Positions 46,401 through 58,114 of a stretch of 64,000 nucleotides of DNA are shown in pieces. Source of the stretch: Mytilus edulis (lineage: Eukaryota); NCBI RefSeq assembly GCF_963676685.1, contig NC_092355.1, positions 14,260,001-14,324,000 on the forward strand, read 5' to 3'. How positions within the stretch are numbered: the stretch's first letter is position 1; each line of letters opens with the position of its first letter. Both the position numbers and the translations under genes were made by a program. The notes below the pieces were generated by a model, which made no database searches, was not told the origin of the DNA, and saw only the letters and a program-made list of their open reading frames with translations.

Positions 46401-49400
46401 AACGGGACCAAAAGTTAAGAATCTACATACACAGTCATGACAGTTAGATTCAGCATATCAAAGGACCCCAATTATTCAATTTTGATGAAATCAAACAAAG
46501 TTTAATTTTGGACCCTTTGGGCCCCTTATTCTGTTGGGACCAAAACTCCCAAAATCAATACCAACCTTCCTTTTATGGTCATAAACCTTGTGTTTAAATT
46601 TCATAGATTTCTATTTACTTATACTAACGTTATGGTGCGAAAACCAAGAAAAATGCTTATTTGGGTCCCTTTTTGGCCCCTAATTCCTAAACTGTTGGGA
46701 CCTAAACTCCCAAAATCAATACCAACCTTCCTTTTGTAGTCATTAACATTGTGTTTAAATTTCATTGATTTCTATTTACTTAAACTAAAGTTATTGTGCG
46801 AAAACCAAGAATAATGCTTATTTGGGCCCTTTTTTGGCCCCTAATTCCTAAACTGTTGAAACCTAAACTCCCAAAATCAATCCCAATCGTTCTTTTGTGG
46901 TCATGAACCTTGTGTCAAAATTTCATAGATTTCTATTAACTTAAACTAAAGTTATAGTGCGAAAACCAAGAAAATGCTTATTTGGGCCCTTTTTGGCCCC
47001 TAATTCCTAAAATGTTGGGACCAAAACTCCCAAAATCAATACCAACCTTCCTTTTGTGGTCATAAACCTTGTGTTAAAATTTCATAGATTTCCATTCACT
47101 TTTACTAAAGTTAGAGTGCGAAAACTAAAAGTATTCGGACGCCGGACGACGACGACGACGCCGACGCCAACGTGATAGCAATATACGACGAAAAAATTTT
47201 CAAATTTTGCGGTCGTATAAAAACTGGATTTTTAAAATTTTTATAGCATTATCATTTGCAATTCTAAATCATATTCAACATCAAAATCAAACAAACTATT
47301 GCAGTATATGAAATACCTATTCATTGAGCTGTACGTATAGATTTAAATTAGGTATGGTAGTAAGATCAAAATTATTAAATTACATCCAACCGATAGTAAA
47401 ATATCAGAATGTCAACAAATAATATCAAATGGAAGCTTTCATGTGACATGTATTAAATACAAGCAAAATTATCCGTGGTTTTCAGTCAAAAATGCAATAC
47501 ATACACAAAAAAGCTTACCAAATCATATGCAAAATAAAAATCATCATACAGTTTTTAGGGGCTGAGCCACGATATTTAAAAAGGGGCAGCTATAAAACAT
47601 TTTTTGATGATTTTGTGTAATAGTAGTCAAAATCAATATTTTGAATACATTGAAATGTAAATTAATTTTCCAAAGCTATTTGATAACAAACCTGCAGAAA
47701 TCTGGCGTATCCTGATGATTATCACCATGGAGATAAACCAACAGGAACCGTAACTCACTCTTGGCATCATTTAAAGCCTGCAAAAAAATATAATATATAC
47801 AATACAGTTTAGGTGGATTTCTTCCTATTTGTCAAAGGAGCTACATTTGTACTTACATTTAGTAAAGATATGATATGATCAGGCTTTAATGTATGAGATG
47901 TCTCCTATCTATGGCTGATTTATTTCCTGTTTCTTGATATTCATAACAGGGATATCTTAGTCAGAAATAGCTCATAGCTGTTTAGTAATGTAAACGAAAA
48001 GTTTTTTTTCTCAATGAGATATGAAACCGTATGGCACATTACAATAGAGGCAAAATGTATTGAATGAGGAGCTGACAATAGGTCTCATAATGTAACATGA
48101 ATTAATTTCTATACAATAAACAAACGAAAAATTCAGCTATATCCAGTTATAAAGGGGCATAACTCTAGGACAATAAAAGTGAGACCACCAAAATTCAAAC
48201 ATGATCTGTGTTTTGTGGTAATAAGCATTATGTATAAGTTTCATAACATTCTGTGGAGGCAAATTAAAGTTATTTTTGGGATGTACGGAGAGACGTTCAG
48301 ACCAACAGACGTACATGTGTTATAAGACGAGTTTACTTCTAGAGCATGATAATATGATCCTTTTTAATACCTGACTGTATGATCCCTGGTAAAATACTGG
48401 ATGGTCCTGTCCATATAAATCATTATATGTCTGTATAAATCTAGTAACATCACCAACAGGGTCTACTACATCTGGAAATGAACATTAGATTACAGAGCTA
48501 TAAATATACAATACTGAAGACTGGGTCAATCAAAAGTGTTTTTTCTAATGCAAAGGCCCTTATTATTTCAATATTCAAATTTATATTCTATAGATTATTT
48601 TTTTTTCATTTAATGCTGGAGTGAAAGATTTCTGGTATTGATCAAGCCTTATAATTTGGAATTTATAATTTTCTAATGCCAATTTTCCTGATGCAAAAAT
48701 TGCATTTTCATCAATAATTGAATTTCAGAATTTTATCCAATTTTGTATGCCAGCCTATAGGAAGTTAACCAATTATACTTACTTCTCCTTGGATCTTGTC
48801 GAAATAAACTCCCTGAAATAAAAGAAAATATACGACATTATTACATCAACAAAAAAATGCTGAATTCAAATGCAAATGCAAATCTGCCTCCTTCAGCAGA
48901 TTTGCATTTAAATTCAGCATCTTTTTTATACACTGATACCAATATACATACCTGTACATTTATATTGCAAACTGAATTTTAATTGTGAGTTATGATTGAA
49001 ATATCAAAGACCTGTTTATTCTTTAATTCAGGGTTAAAGCTTTGTAAAAAATCAAGACATAAAATGCTTTCTGATCAGTATCTTTCATAGAATAGAAATA
49101 GAGGGTGAAGAAATTATCACAATGAGCTGACAGAATGATCTAAGATAATTAATATGTTTTCTTTCACATTTCTAATGCTTAAATTTCTGTAAAATGTGTA
49201 CATTATTTTGCTACTTACAAATAAATGTTAAAATATCAGTAAAAGTTGTGTAAACAAATCTAAACGGAAACGCCATAAAAAAATATGTCCATTGAAATAT
49301 TCCTTGTGGTCTTCTACTAGCCACTGTAAATACCCTGAAAATACAAAAAGACAAATAAATGTATGAATCATTTATAATGAATACTGGGTTTGGCCTTTGT

Positions 49401-52400
49401 TAGTCTTGTATTATCTTAATTTTAGTTTCTTGTGTACAATTTGGAAATTAGTATGGCGTTCATTATCACTGAACTAGTATATATTTGTTTAGGGGCCAGC
49501 TGAGGGATGCCTCCAGTGCGGGAATTTCTCTCTACATTGAAGACCTGTTGGTGACCTTCTGCTGTTGTTTTTTCTATGGTCGGGTTGTTGTCTCTTTGAC
49601 ACATTCACCATTTCCATTCTCAATTTTATGACTGATGCTTAATCTTGAAAAAACATGGATAATTTTAGTAATTAGATCAGTAGATCAGTACTTTCAGTGT
49701 TTTCCTGTTTGAATGGTTTTATACTAAGTCTTTCTTGGGTCCCTGTATAGCTTGCTGTTCAGTGTGAGCCAAGGCTTTGTGTTGAAGACCGTACTTTGAT
49801 CTATAATGGTTAACTTTTACAAATTTTGCATTAGGTGAGAGAGTTGTCTAATACCACATCTTCTTATACCTAATTAGCCTGTATTCTAGTTTGATGTCAT
49901 TATCATACATACGTTATAAAGAAATATAATTTGAGAACTTAAAAAGTGAACCAACAAAATTTGAACTGGATCTGTGTTTTATGATAATAGGCAGAGTGTA
50001 TGAGTTTCATAAGATTTGGTTGAGGCACTAAATTTAGAGAACGGAAACCAATTTTGGGACGGACAAGGATAACACTTAATGCCCCGTCCCTATAATGGTA
50101 GGGGGCATAACAATACTTGCTACGTTGGGGTCCGAGTACTTCAAGTATTTCAGTCATTTATGGGTACATTTAACATGAATGAATAAAATTTTAAAAAAAG
50201 AACATAATGAATGAAGTTGTTAAATATGATATATGCCTTTTTGTGCTTCTTTGTTAAATATTTGTTTGTTTTTATTGTGATTAAGATACTTGTGGTACTT
50301 GTACCTTCTGTCATAATTGTTTCATGTGTTTATGATATTCTCGTATTCTTGTCTTTCATTTTTGAGCTACCAGTATTGTAAAACTTGTTTGGTGCTTGTA
50401 TTTCATTTTTGCTATGTGCTTAGTCTATGCCTTTTTATGTCTTTTTTTTGTTAAATATATGATGTGGCTCTGTACTTGTACATCCCTCCATTGTGTTATT
50501 GTACTATGGTTAACTTGTGTATTCTTGTCTTTAATTTTTGCTGATGTGCTTGGTTTAATGCCATTTTGTGCTTCTTTGTTACATATTTGTTTTTTAGTGA
50601 TTGGGATTGTAACACAATGTTGACTGCTGTATTTTTGATATGTTTACCTTTTATTTCTGTTTGTTTTGTTCACGCATGGAATTTGATGCGACTGTCATAC
50701 AAGTGAGAGGTTTAGCTAGCTATAAAACCAGGTTTAATCAACCATTTTCTACATCAGAAAATGCCTGTACCAAGTCAGTAATATGACAGTTGCTATAGCC
50801 ATTCTTGTAATGTGTTTTAGCTTTTGATTTTGCCATTTGATTTAACAGGGACTTTCGGTTTTGAATTTTCCTCAGAGTTCAGTATTGTTGTGACTTTAGT
50901 TTTTACCTATTAGTTAGTCTAACAGAAAACTAATTAATCATGCAGAACTTGTTTTTAATTATTTAATATGTCTTCATTTTTTCAATTCTTTGAATGTATG
51001 CAATATGTGGTAGTTGTCAACAATTGATAGGACATGCCATTATTTCTGATTGTATCATTAAGTCTTTGTCTCATTTGTGTCTGCCAAATAACATTTCTTT
51101 TCTGTTCAGTTGGCATACATTCTGTTTAATATCATTTTACATCAGTTATCAATTGAAATGAAGGTCAAGAAAAGGCACAAAATGGCAGAAATTTTTCATC
51201 ACTGAGTTAGAGTACAAACTGACCTTTGATCTGAAGGTTGAATGTTAACTGGAGGTGTTCTGGGTTCAGGAGGAGGTTGACTATAAACAGAAGGAACTCC
51301 CTCTTGTTCATTAAATGTGTCCTGCACTGCAGTCTGAAATATATAAACATTGTCATGATTATGCCATAATTTGTTTTTGTTTGCTTAATATTTCTTTACA
51401 TTTTGAAATTTGGTGTTTGTATGATCTAGGCATCTATTCTCTCTCTGTGAAATTTGCATTACAACCTGCCTCTACTTAGAATGGTTTAATTTATAACTTG
51501 CCTGTTGTTATTTGTTGATGTGGTCCATAAGTCTTTTTTGTATTTTTTTTTATAGATTAGACTGTTGGTTTTCCCGTTTGAATGGTTTTACACTAGTGAG
51601 TCATTTTTGGGGCCCTTTATAGCTTACTGTTAGATGTGAGCCAAGGCTCTGTGTTGGAGACCGTATTTTGACCTGTAATGGTTTTTCTTTAACAAATTGT
51701 TACTTGGATGGAGTGTTGTCTCATTGGCACTCATACCACATCTTCTAATATTTATAAAACACTTCTTAGTCTAAATTTTGACCCAAATTCTCTTTAAGAC
51801 TCAGAATAATAACACCAAAAAGGCAGTATTACAAATGTTTTTAAATATAGTATTCAATTTGTATGAAGCAAACTTTAGATGCGAAAATAAATTCTTAACC
51901 AAATGTCCTCTGGTGGAAGTTGATATTGGTATATATGTAATTGACATGTAACTTGTCTACATACATAAAAGTTATACTTGAATACAATTAAGGAATGACT
52001 GTAATATTTTTTCTGTCTATGAAGAAATAACATAAAAAATTTGGTGCACACTAAATAACGCTCGTAGCAGGTTATTTATCAGTGTTCACCACATTTCTCA
52101 TGTTATTTCGAATAGATAGAAAAAGTATTACAGTCATTTCTTATAATTTAATTCTAAATTCCATTTTAAACCGTAGAAAACCATGAAAAATTGTTGATGA
52201 CGTCACGGTCACATGACTAAATTATGTCTATGGGCTCATAACAAAATAACGTCAGCCAATCAGAAGATGCGTTACATCCAAAATTAAATTATTAAATGAT
52301 GGTCCCTGCAGTCAATGTAGTACACAGCATGTTTTATGATATGTCTCAAACTTGATTCTTATATAATTCAGTACTGTGGAATCATTTATTTTCTTGGGTT

Positions 52401-54682
52401 CCAATTTTCATGGATTAAGGGAAAACTGCTTGTAAGTGGAAGTTTAAATTCATGGTTTTGCCAAGGTGTGCATACAATCCTAAAGAAAATTTATTATTTG
52501 TTGAACATTTAAATTCGTGGTTCTCTTGTACCCATGAAATCCACAAAAAATTTAGTATCCAACAAAAAAAATGAATCCACAGTAATACATATGATATGTT
52601 TGTAAACAACATGGCCCAATTAGGTATACAAAACACGGAAAGCATAAAGATTATCAATGATTATGTCACACAATGAAAATAATGCTAATGATAATAAGGA
52701 TCATGCTGTAAAAATCAAAAAAAGTTATTTTGGAATGTGATGGCTGAAAGAATATATATACCGGTACTTATTTATACAGTCAGGGGACTTACTTAAATGA
52801 GTGATTTTCTAAATCACTGATTCAAGTAACATTATTTCCATAAAGGTTGGAAGCAAGAGTTGTCTTTCTTTAATAATCACCTATTTAAGTAGTACAAAAT
52901 AATCACTTGTGTTTAAATTTTGTAAAACTACAAAATTACAATTTGTGACAAAACTTTGAAATTGCTACTTTAAAAATCACTTACTTAAGTCCCCTGACTG
53001 TTATATTTTGGATGATGTGAACAGTAGTACTATTATGACTATAGGTTATTGACATGGTGTTTTGTATTGTTTAACATTTTTGGTAATTTCCTGTTTTTCT
53101 TTTAAACAATTATAGAATACTACATTGTAATTTTGAATTAAAAGTTAATATCTCTATGATGAAAGGACAAGATGAGGATCTCCTGCTCTGCAGACATTAC
53201 ACCGATAAATGAATTAAAACTTAGCCAACTTGTGTGACACTCCTTTTATTCTTATTACAAACCTCAATATTCCACTCATGCTGTTGTAAAATCTGTTGAC
53301 ATCTATCTAAATCATCTATCCCTGTCATGTCCTATAATTAAAACATTATGAACTATTAATAACTATGACCCCCTACAGAGTTTGCAAAGACATTGTTTGA
53401 TTTTTTGGACAAAGGCAATGACAATTACTATATCATTTATATGGTATACAATCCTCTGGACAAAATTCATCAATCAATATACAATTATATCATTAAAACT
53501 TCCAACACATTTCAAAGGACTCTTGATTTTTTTATTTTACAAGTACCTGTTTGATAAGTGATTTACTGTTTTTGGACGCTGAACCTCCATGACCTGTGTA
53601 TTATGCAAAGCCTTAGCTGTAAAAACATGTGTTCTACATCTTTCTGTTTATCCATTGTGTGAATGTAATAAATCAAAATGAAATGTTATTTGTAATTATC
53701 CAATGAGTCAAGCCTTTGCTTACTGATGTTTACAGTTATATGTAGGTCCTCTGTTGTGTTGCTTGTTACGTTTGTATATATCTGTATATTTCTGATAAGC
53801 ATGATAAGTTTGAGCATTGTAGAGGGCTCAGAAAAAAATTACATAGTGCTTCATTCATAACATTGTCATAATTGACGAGTTTTTACAGGTGATGGATGAA
53901 CTCGAAAGTGGTCTTTTGGATTTCTTTCACATGTTCACACAAACTATGTAAAATATTTATGAATATTCTTTTGATCTTATTATATGCACTCCCAGCAGTT
54001 ATTATTCATCAAAAGTTGATGAACAACTGGATAACTTTATGTTAGTTAAAAGCTAATTAATGTTATGTCCTTGTTTCTATTGTCAGACATGTCAGATCAT
54101 TTGTTTTCTTATGTCATATGAATTCATACTATGAATGCTTTTTCAATGGAAATTGTCAAAATGCATTCTTAATAGTACGAAAACCCATGAGGCATGAGAC
54201 AAAGATATACTATGCCAACTCTCATTAAAGCTTATTTATCTACATGGACTACAGAAGAGACAGAAGAAAGGCCAATACTGGCAATCCACCTTATGGCTAA
54301 TCTTGGCTGACCCAGCCGCTTGAACTTTTGACACATACAAAAATCACTTTTCCATTGTGGCGTCAGATAGTTTGTTTTATGATGTCAGTATAGTGATAAG
54401 GTGTATAGGCAAATTATCCTCGAAACAGGACATTTTTCACTTCGGAAGCCTGATCCTCAATTATTACGCTAATGGCAAAATTGAAATATTTGAAATTATC
54501 TTAACTATTTAACTAATACCGATAAGTTTGTCTAGAAATTATCGTGAATGATGACGCAGTTGTTTTGAAATGGACCTGATCAGCATCAGTAAAAATTAGA
54601 GATTTTATGTCACTTTGTTGACCTGAAATTGGATTATTTTTTCTGTCTGCTCTGGTGATATTTCTTCTGGTGCTTCTGCCAT
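34227..54682 (-). CDS. FAF2: FAS-associated factor 2 (UBXD8): UBA, membrane hairpin, UAS, coiled coil, UBX; 14 coding exons, 445 aa
   Basis: Exons 54682-54623, 53331-53263, 51333-51224, 49334-49219, 48812-48783, 48471-48371, 47777-47692, 44145-44054, 43301-43203, 42002-41924, 38513-38432, 37827-37738, 36277-36134, 34406-34227. All GT-AG, total 1338 nt in frame. Motifs HPVFYQGSYSQALNDAKSELRFLLVYLHGD, ALRENTYPFLA, QQDEAYLESLKADQEK, TNFPRR. Confidence 0.95.
34445..34910 (+). mobile_element. Repeat family C with a decayed twister-like motif (34705-34804) and a nested family A tail (34536-34655, -)
   Basis: Homologous to 50580-50905; ACTGTCATA..TATGACAGT outer stem. Confidence 0.7.
36134..36277 (-). 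CDS. FAF2: FAF2 exon 13
   Basis: AKEDRKEVLKTEIPAEPNSTDPDTVKIVLKLPHGARVERRFLKSQSLK. Confidence 0.92.
36687..37689. mobile_element. Non-autonomous hAT element
   Basis: TIR CAGGGCTTCCAAAA/TTTTGGAAGCCCTG; 8-bp TSD GATCACAC. Confidence 0.92.
37738..37827 (-). CDS. FAF2: FAF2 exon 12
   Basis: ARKRQEEQEEVRQIEQQKEEEELERLRLIQ. Confidence 0.9.
38432..38513 (-). CDS. FAF2: FAF2 exon 11
   Basis: EERSFNQTLRAQQDEAYLESLKADQEK. Confidence 0.93.
38621..41219 (-). mobile_element. Internally deleted hAT transposon (2.6 kb)
   Basis: TIR CAAGGCTTCCAAAA/TTTTGGAAGCCTTG; 8-bp TSD CATTCAGT; subterminal TGACCG repeats; carries the transposase 3' half. Confidence 0.93.
39375..40217 (-). pseudogene. 5'-truncated hAT transposase (ZNF862-like, C-terminal dimerization domain), 280 open codons
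   Basis: LSKSLQKRDL...RFPD...FSVFEP...FPN...ILPVSSVECERVFSRQNIIKTKLRCSL; N-terminal catalytic part missing. Confidence 0.88.
41793..41840 (+). ncRNA. Decayed hammerhead ribozyme motif in a repeat fragment
   Basis: GCGUUC-CUGAUGA(41803-09)-agauaaaucaa-GAAA(41821). Leader tggcttt.aaatatttag shared with the 3127-3232 element; stems degraded. Confidence 0.45.
41924..42002 (-). CDS. FAF2: FAF2 exon 10
   Basis: PVELTQRLERLMSENETSLVAARAD. Confidence 0.92.
43203..43301 (-). CDS. FAF2: FAF2 exon 9
   Basis: SRALRENTYPFLALIVLRQNKMTVVARIEGPI. Confidence 0.93.
44054..44145 (-). CDS. FAF2: FAF2 exon 8
   Basis: NTLGNNDVIDFINSSMLFWSCNTNSPEGYR. Confidence 0.93.
44941..47223. mobile_element. Helentron-associated (HINE/DINE-like) non-autonomous element with internal tandem arrays
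   Basis: Sub-terminal IR TTTATACGACCGCA (44967) / TGCGGTCGTATAAA (47208), terminal stem-loop, (GAC)n microsatellite at 47138-47168, and arrays of ~83, ~130/260 and ~163 bp at 45757-47135. Confidence 0.8.
45175..45476. mobile_element. Nested HINE/pearl-like element with (GACG/GACA)n microsatellite
   Basis: ATGCCCCAC / GTGGGGCAT inverted repeats, terminal hairpin, insertion into an A-run of the host element. Confidence 0.8.
47692..47777 (-). CDS. FAF2: FAF2 exon 7
   Basis: ALNDAKSELRFLLVYLHGDNHQDTPDFC. Confidence 0.94.
48371..48471 (-). CDS. FAF2: FAF2 exon 6
   Basis: VVDPVGDVTRFIQTYNDLYGQDHPVFYQGSYSQ. Confidence 0.94.
48783..48812 (-). CDS. FAF2: FAF2 exon 5 (30-nt microexon)
   Basis: ttcag|(W)SLFRQDPRR|gtaagt, phase 1-1. 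Confidence 0.88.
49219..49334 (-). CDS. FAF2: FAF2 exon 4 (hydrophobic hairpin)
   Basis: VFTVASRRPQGIFQWTYFFMAFPFRFVYTTFTDILTFI. Confidence 0.92.
50691..50790 (+). ncRNA. Twister-ribozyme-like motif (type P5) in repeat family C
   Basis: ACUGUCAUA..UGA-GA-GGU..AACCAGGUU-U^AA-UCA-ACC-[AUUUUCU..AGAAAAU]-G-CCUG-UACCAAGU-CAGU-A..UAUGACAGU; T1 GGU/ACC, T2 AC/GU, one P4 mismatch. Confidence 0.65.
51224..51333 (-). CDS. FAF2: FAF2 exon 3
   Basis: TAVQDTFNEQEGVPSVYSQPPPEPRTPPVNIQPSDQ. Confidence 0.93.
51986..52293 (+). mobile_element. Non-autonomous hairpin-ended element (possibly Crypton-type)
   Basis: ~155-nt imperfect palindrome at 51989-52143, then TGACGTCA (52198) and CCAATCAG. Confidence 0.55.
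52372..52584. mobile_element. TA-flanked MITE (TACTGTGGA..TCCACAGTA); decayed copies near 29980, 33100, 33620, 36425, 41400
   Basis: Terminal inverted repeats; multiple homologous copies in the window. Confidence 0.7.
52777..53000. mobile_element. MITE with CAGTCAGGGGACTTA TIRs
   Basis: Perfect 15-bp TIR, probable TA target. Confidence 0.75.
53263..53331 (-). CDS. FAF2: FAF2 exon 2 (UBA-like)
   Basis: DMTGIDDLDRCQQILQQHEWNIE. Confidence 0.93.
54623..54682 (-). CDS. FAF2: FAF2 exon 1 coding part
   Basis: MAEAPEEISPEQTEKIIQFQ|gt. Confidence 0.9.
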
Positions 54683-55273
54683 TATGATCTGTTTTGAATG
54701 AGGTAAATATGAATGAATGCGTCAATGACAAATTAGAAGTATTGCAACTTTCCAATTTTTTCCCGGATCTTGTCGAAATAAAATAAATGTGGAAACATAG
54801 AGTTGACGGAATGGATACGATATGAAATACGGATTTTCAACCACTAATAAATATTAATTTAATTTGGTTTTATGCAATAGAGAATAGACAATATTTATTA
54901 GCACAAACACATTTACATTAAGTGGTTATGTCATACAAAATTAAAACAATAAACTGACAATAGTAATAATTATATTAGAACTGTGAGACAGTGGTATTCA
55001 CAGCGAAGGAAAAAAAAAAGACTATAAATATCGACAGTTAACACATTATTAATGTTCATGAACAAACAAAAAAAAGGATACAAAAAAATAGTTACATATA
55101 AAGAGTAACAAAAGTTACACAGATGTTCTCAATAAAAAAAACATCATTGATATATACTTTATGGTGATCTTTATAATGACTGGTAGACTGCTATACTATT
55201 AAAAAGTGCAGTGATATGCCTCAGTGTTATATCTGACTGCGATTTAATAAAATTGAAATTAAGATCTCTATTA

Positions 55274-55920
55274 CAAGGCCGTAGCTACCATTGAGGCAAG
55301 TGAGGCAATTGCCTCACTAAAATTTCGACACTGATTATTTTTTTATACATATTTATATATCAATATAATAGTCATTTGTTGTTCTGTCTCAACCTTAATT
55401 TCTATATAATTATTAAAAAAGTAACTGTAGTTAGAATTAGTCAGACATAGATTTTCAGGTCCCTTCAGGTCTTTTCATTTCTCCGTTCAGGTCCAACTTT
55501 TTGCATCAAAAAATTGTTTTTTATTTAATTTTTTTTAATTTTAATGAAATCTGAATATTAAAAATTAATAAAATTCCAACTTGAAGAAATTCCATCCAAT
55601 AATAAAAAAGTTATTGCAATTTGAATAATTTTAGTCGTATATTTTCAGGTCTTTTCAGGTCCACTTTCAGGTTTTTAGTGTAACCCTAAATAAAGTTGTT
55701 AAAAATTTGGTGTTAATTAGTACAAGTCTTTAAATATAAAAAAAAATATATAAAAAGTGTCCAAATTCAAAACATCAAACTCTTTAAAAATGCCTAGAAA
55801 GCATGATTTTTCACCATTCATTTCATACCCCCAAAAAAAAAAATTTCGCCTCGCTTCGCCTCGCTTCGCTCGGCTCAATTATTTTGCCTCACTAAAATAA
55901 GATGCCTACCTACGGCCTTG
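55274..55920. mobile_element. hAT-like MITE
   Basis: TIR CAAGGCCGTAG / CTACGGCCTTG, subterminal TGAGGCAA repeats; TSD not clean. Confidence 0.7.
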
Positions 55921-55924
55921 TTAT

Positions 55925-56640
55925 TAATATTTTGTATATAGGTATCCCTCAATGATGTATAGCATGGGCAGACTGACAAGAAATGGTATTCCTCCTCAAT
56001 TTCTTTTCTGTTACAGGATAAGCACATGCGTTTACTTCTTCCAATGTTGGTCACGATGATAACGTCCCCTTCAAGTTCAATTGCTAGGGAATGGGCACTT
56101 TGTTTAAATTTACTGAAAACTGATCGGTCAGTTTACATATCTCAATATATGGGGGCCTTTTTCTAATTCTTTTGGTATGATAAAAGAAATTTAATTTTTC
56201 AGTTCACAATGTGGTTTAGAAATTTTATAGATGAAAGCTGAATTTAGTAGAAAGGGGTTCTGTTTGTCTCAGTTAAACATGCTACATTTGTTGTTTTGCA
56301 CTGTATCCCTAAAATTTCTTTAATAAACTTAATATGTAAATGTTTAAATGGATCTGAATCTTTGAACACTTGGCTTACACTCCAAACATCACTCACATAA
56401 AGATTTATTGGAACAGCTAAAGTATCAAATAATTTTCAGTCAAGCATTTTGCAGGAATTATATAAAGAGGCGTTGTTTTTTTTAAATTTTAAACTAAGCT
56501 TTTCTTCCTTTTTCCATAAGAAGTTTTTTTTAATCACTTAAACTTCCTGAACAATTTATAGATATTCCAAGGTAACAATAAAATTTAACAGTCTCAAGAT
56601 GCTCGTTTTCTTCTTTAAAATAATTACAATAGGGTTTTCC
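55925..56640 (-). mobile_element. Decayed LINE ORF2 fragment
   Basis: Broken minus-strand peptides resembling non-LTR C-termini (e.g. VCPCYTSLRD, FDTLAVPI.LY...VW). Confidence 0.35.
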
Positions 56641-56729
56641 ATTAGAATTAAATATTATATTTTTTTATTTTTGTTCGTTTACATCAAATTTCCATAAGGT
56701 ACAAAATTTACACGACCAATACATGACCA

Positions 56730-58003
56730 GTGTTACCTCATTTTCATGGTTCAGTAACTACTTGAAAAAAAAGTTGATTTTTTTGTAATGTAAATTTCTC
56801 TCTTATTTTGAGTAGCATGATAACTATATTTGGTATGTGCGTGATTTTCATTTCATGGATCAATGAACAAGGAATTACGTTTTGGTGGTCAAGTCTATAT
56901 CTTTGATACTATAAACAATATGTCTAGTATATTTGGTGTATGGCAGGATTGTAAGACGGGGCGCACTTGTCCAACTGGCAGGTATCATCTGACCTTGACC
57001 TCATTTTCATGGTTCAGTGGTTATAGTTAAGTGTTTCTGTTTTAGTCTGATTTTCTAATACTGTATGCAACATGCCTACTATATTTGGTGTCTTGAATGA
57101 TTGTAAGTTGTACATAGTCCAACTTACAGGTGTCATCTGACCTTGACCTCATTTTCATAGTGCTGTGGTCGAAAGTTAACTTTTTGCGGTTTTTTTCTAA
57201 TACTATATGCAATAGGTCTACTGTATTTGGTGTATGTAAATTCTCGCAGGTTTTATTTGACCTTGACCTCATTTTTACGGTTCATTTTCCGGTGTTTTGG
57301 TGTGTTTTTCTTAAACTTTAAGCAATAGGTCAACTATATTTGTTGTATGGAAGGATTGTGAGTTCTACATATCTGACTTGCATGGTTCATCTGACCTTGA
57401 TAAAATAATTTGCATGGTTCATTGGTCATAGTTTAGTTTTTCTTGGTTAAATCTTGGTTTCTTAAAAACTATAAGCCATAGGTCATCAACATTTAGTATA
57501 TTAAATGATTTTAAGTTGTACACGTATTTCTCCTTTCGGTTTATATGACCTTGGCCTCATTTTCTTTGATGATGTTTAATTTATGTGATAGTTATATAGC
57601 TTTATATTAATAGCTATCAACTAAATATCAATGGTTAGTAAAGAAGGCGAGACATTTCAGCGTGTGCACTCTTGTTGGGTTTTGGTCTGATTTTGTTTAT
57701 ACTGTTTGCAATAGGTCTACTATATTTGGTGTATGGAATGATGATACGATGTACAAGTCCAACTGCCAGGTGTCATTTGACCTTGACCTCCTTTTTATTG
57801 TTCAGTGGTCATAGTTAACTTTTTGTGTGTTGGTCTGATTTTCTAATACTATACGCAATAGGTCTGCTTAATTTGATGTATGAAAATATTTTATGATGTA
57901 CATGTCAGTCTCGCAGGTTTCATTTGATCTTCACCTCTTTTCACGTTTCATTGCTCAGTGTTAACTTTTTGTGTTTTGGTCTGTTTTTCTTAAACTTTAA
58001 GCA
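56730..58003. repeat. Tandem array of ~145-bp units (TGACCTTGACCTCATTTTCATGGTTCA core), HINE-like element body; fragments also at 29240-29620 and 61610-61720
   Basis: About 7 diverged units; element-end-like motif GGCGAGACATTTCAGCGTGTGCACTCTTGTT at 57646-57676. Confidence 0.7.
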
Positions 58004-58114
58004 AATTATGAAGTCTGAAGTCTTCTTAATAATACAATATAAAATTACAATGATATAGTATAATATAATGGAAATGCATAATGATATAAAGCAAACAGTT
58101 TATAGAATATAATA

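Noticed and set aside
45902-46418. Repetitive ORFs on both strands
   Set aside because: Products of tandem arrays inside a non-autonomous element.
48791-54782. 18-nt identity GGATCTTGTCGAAATAAA between FAF2 exon 5 (48791) and the region upstream of its ATG (54765)
   Set aside because: A single short match with no extension; plausible by chance in 64 kb of AT-rich DNA.
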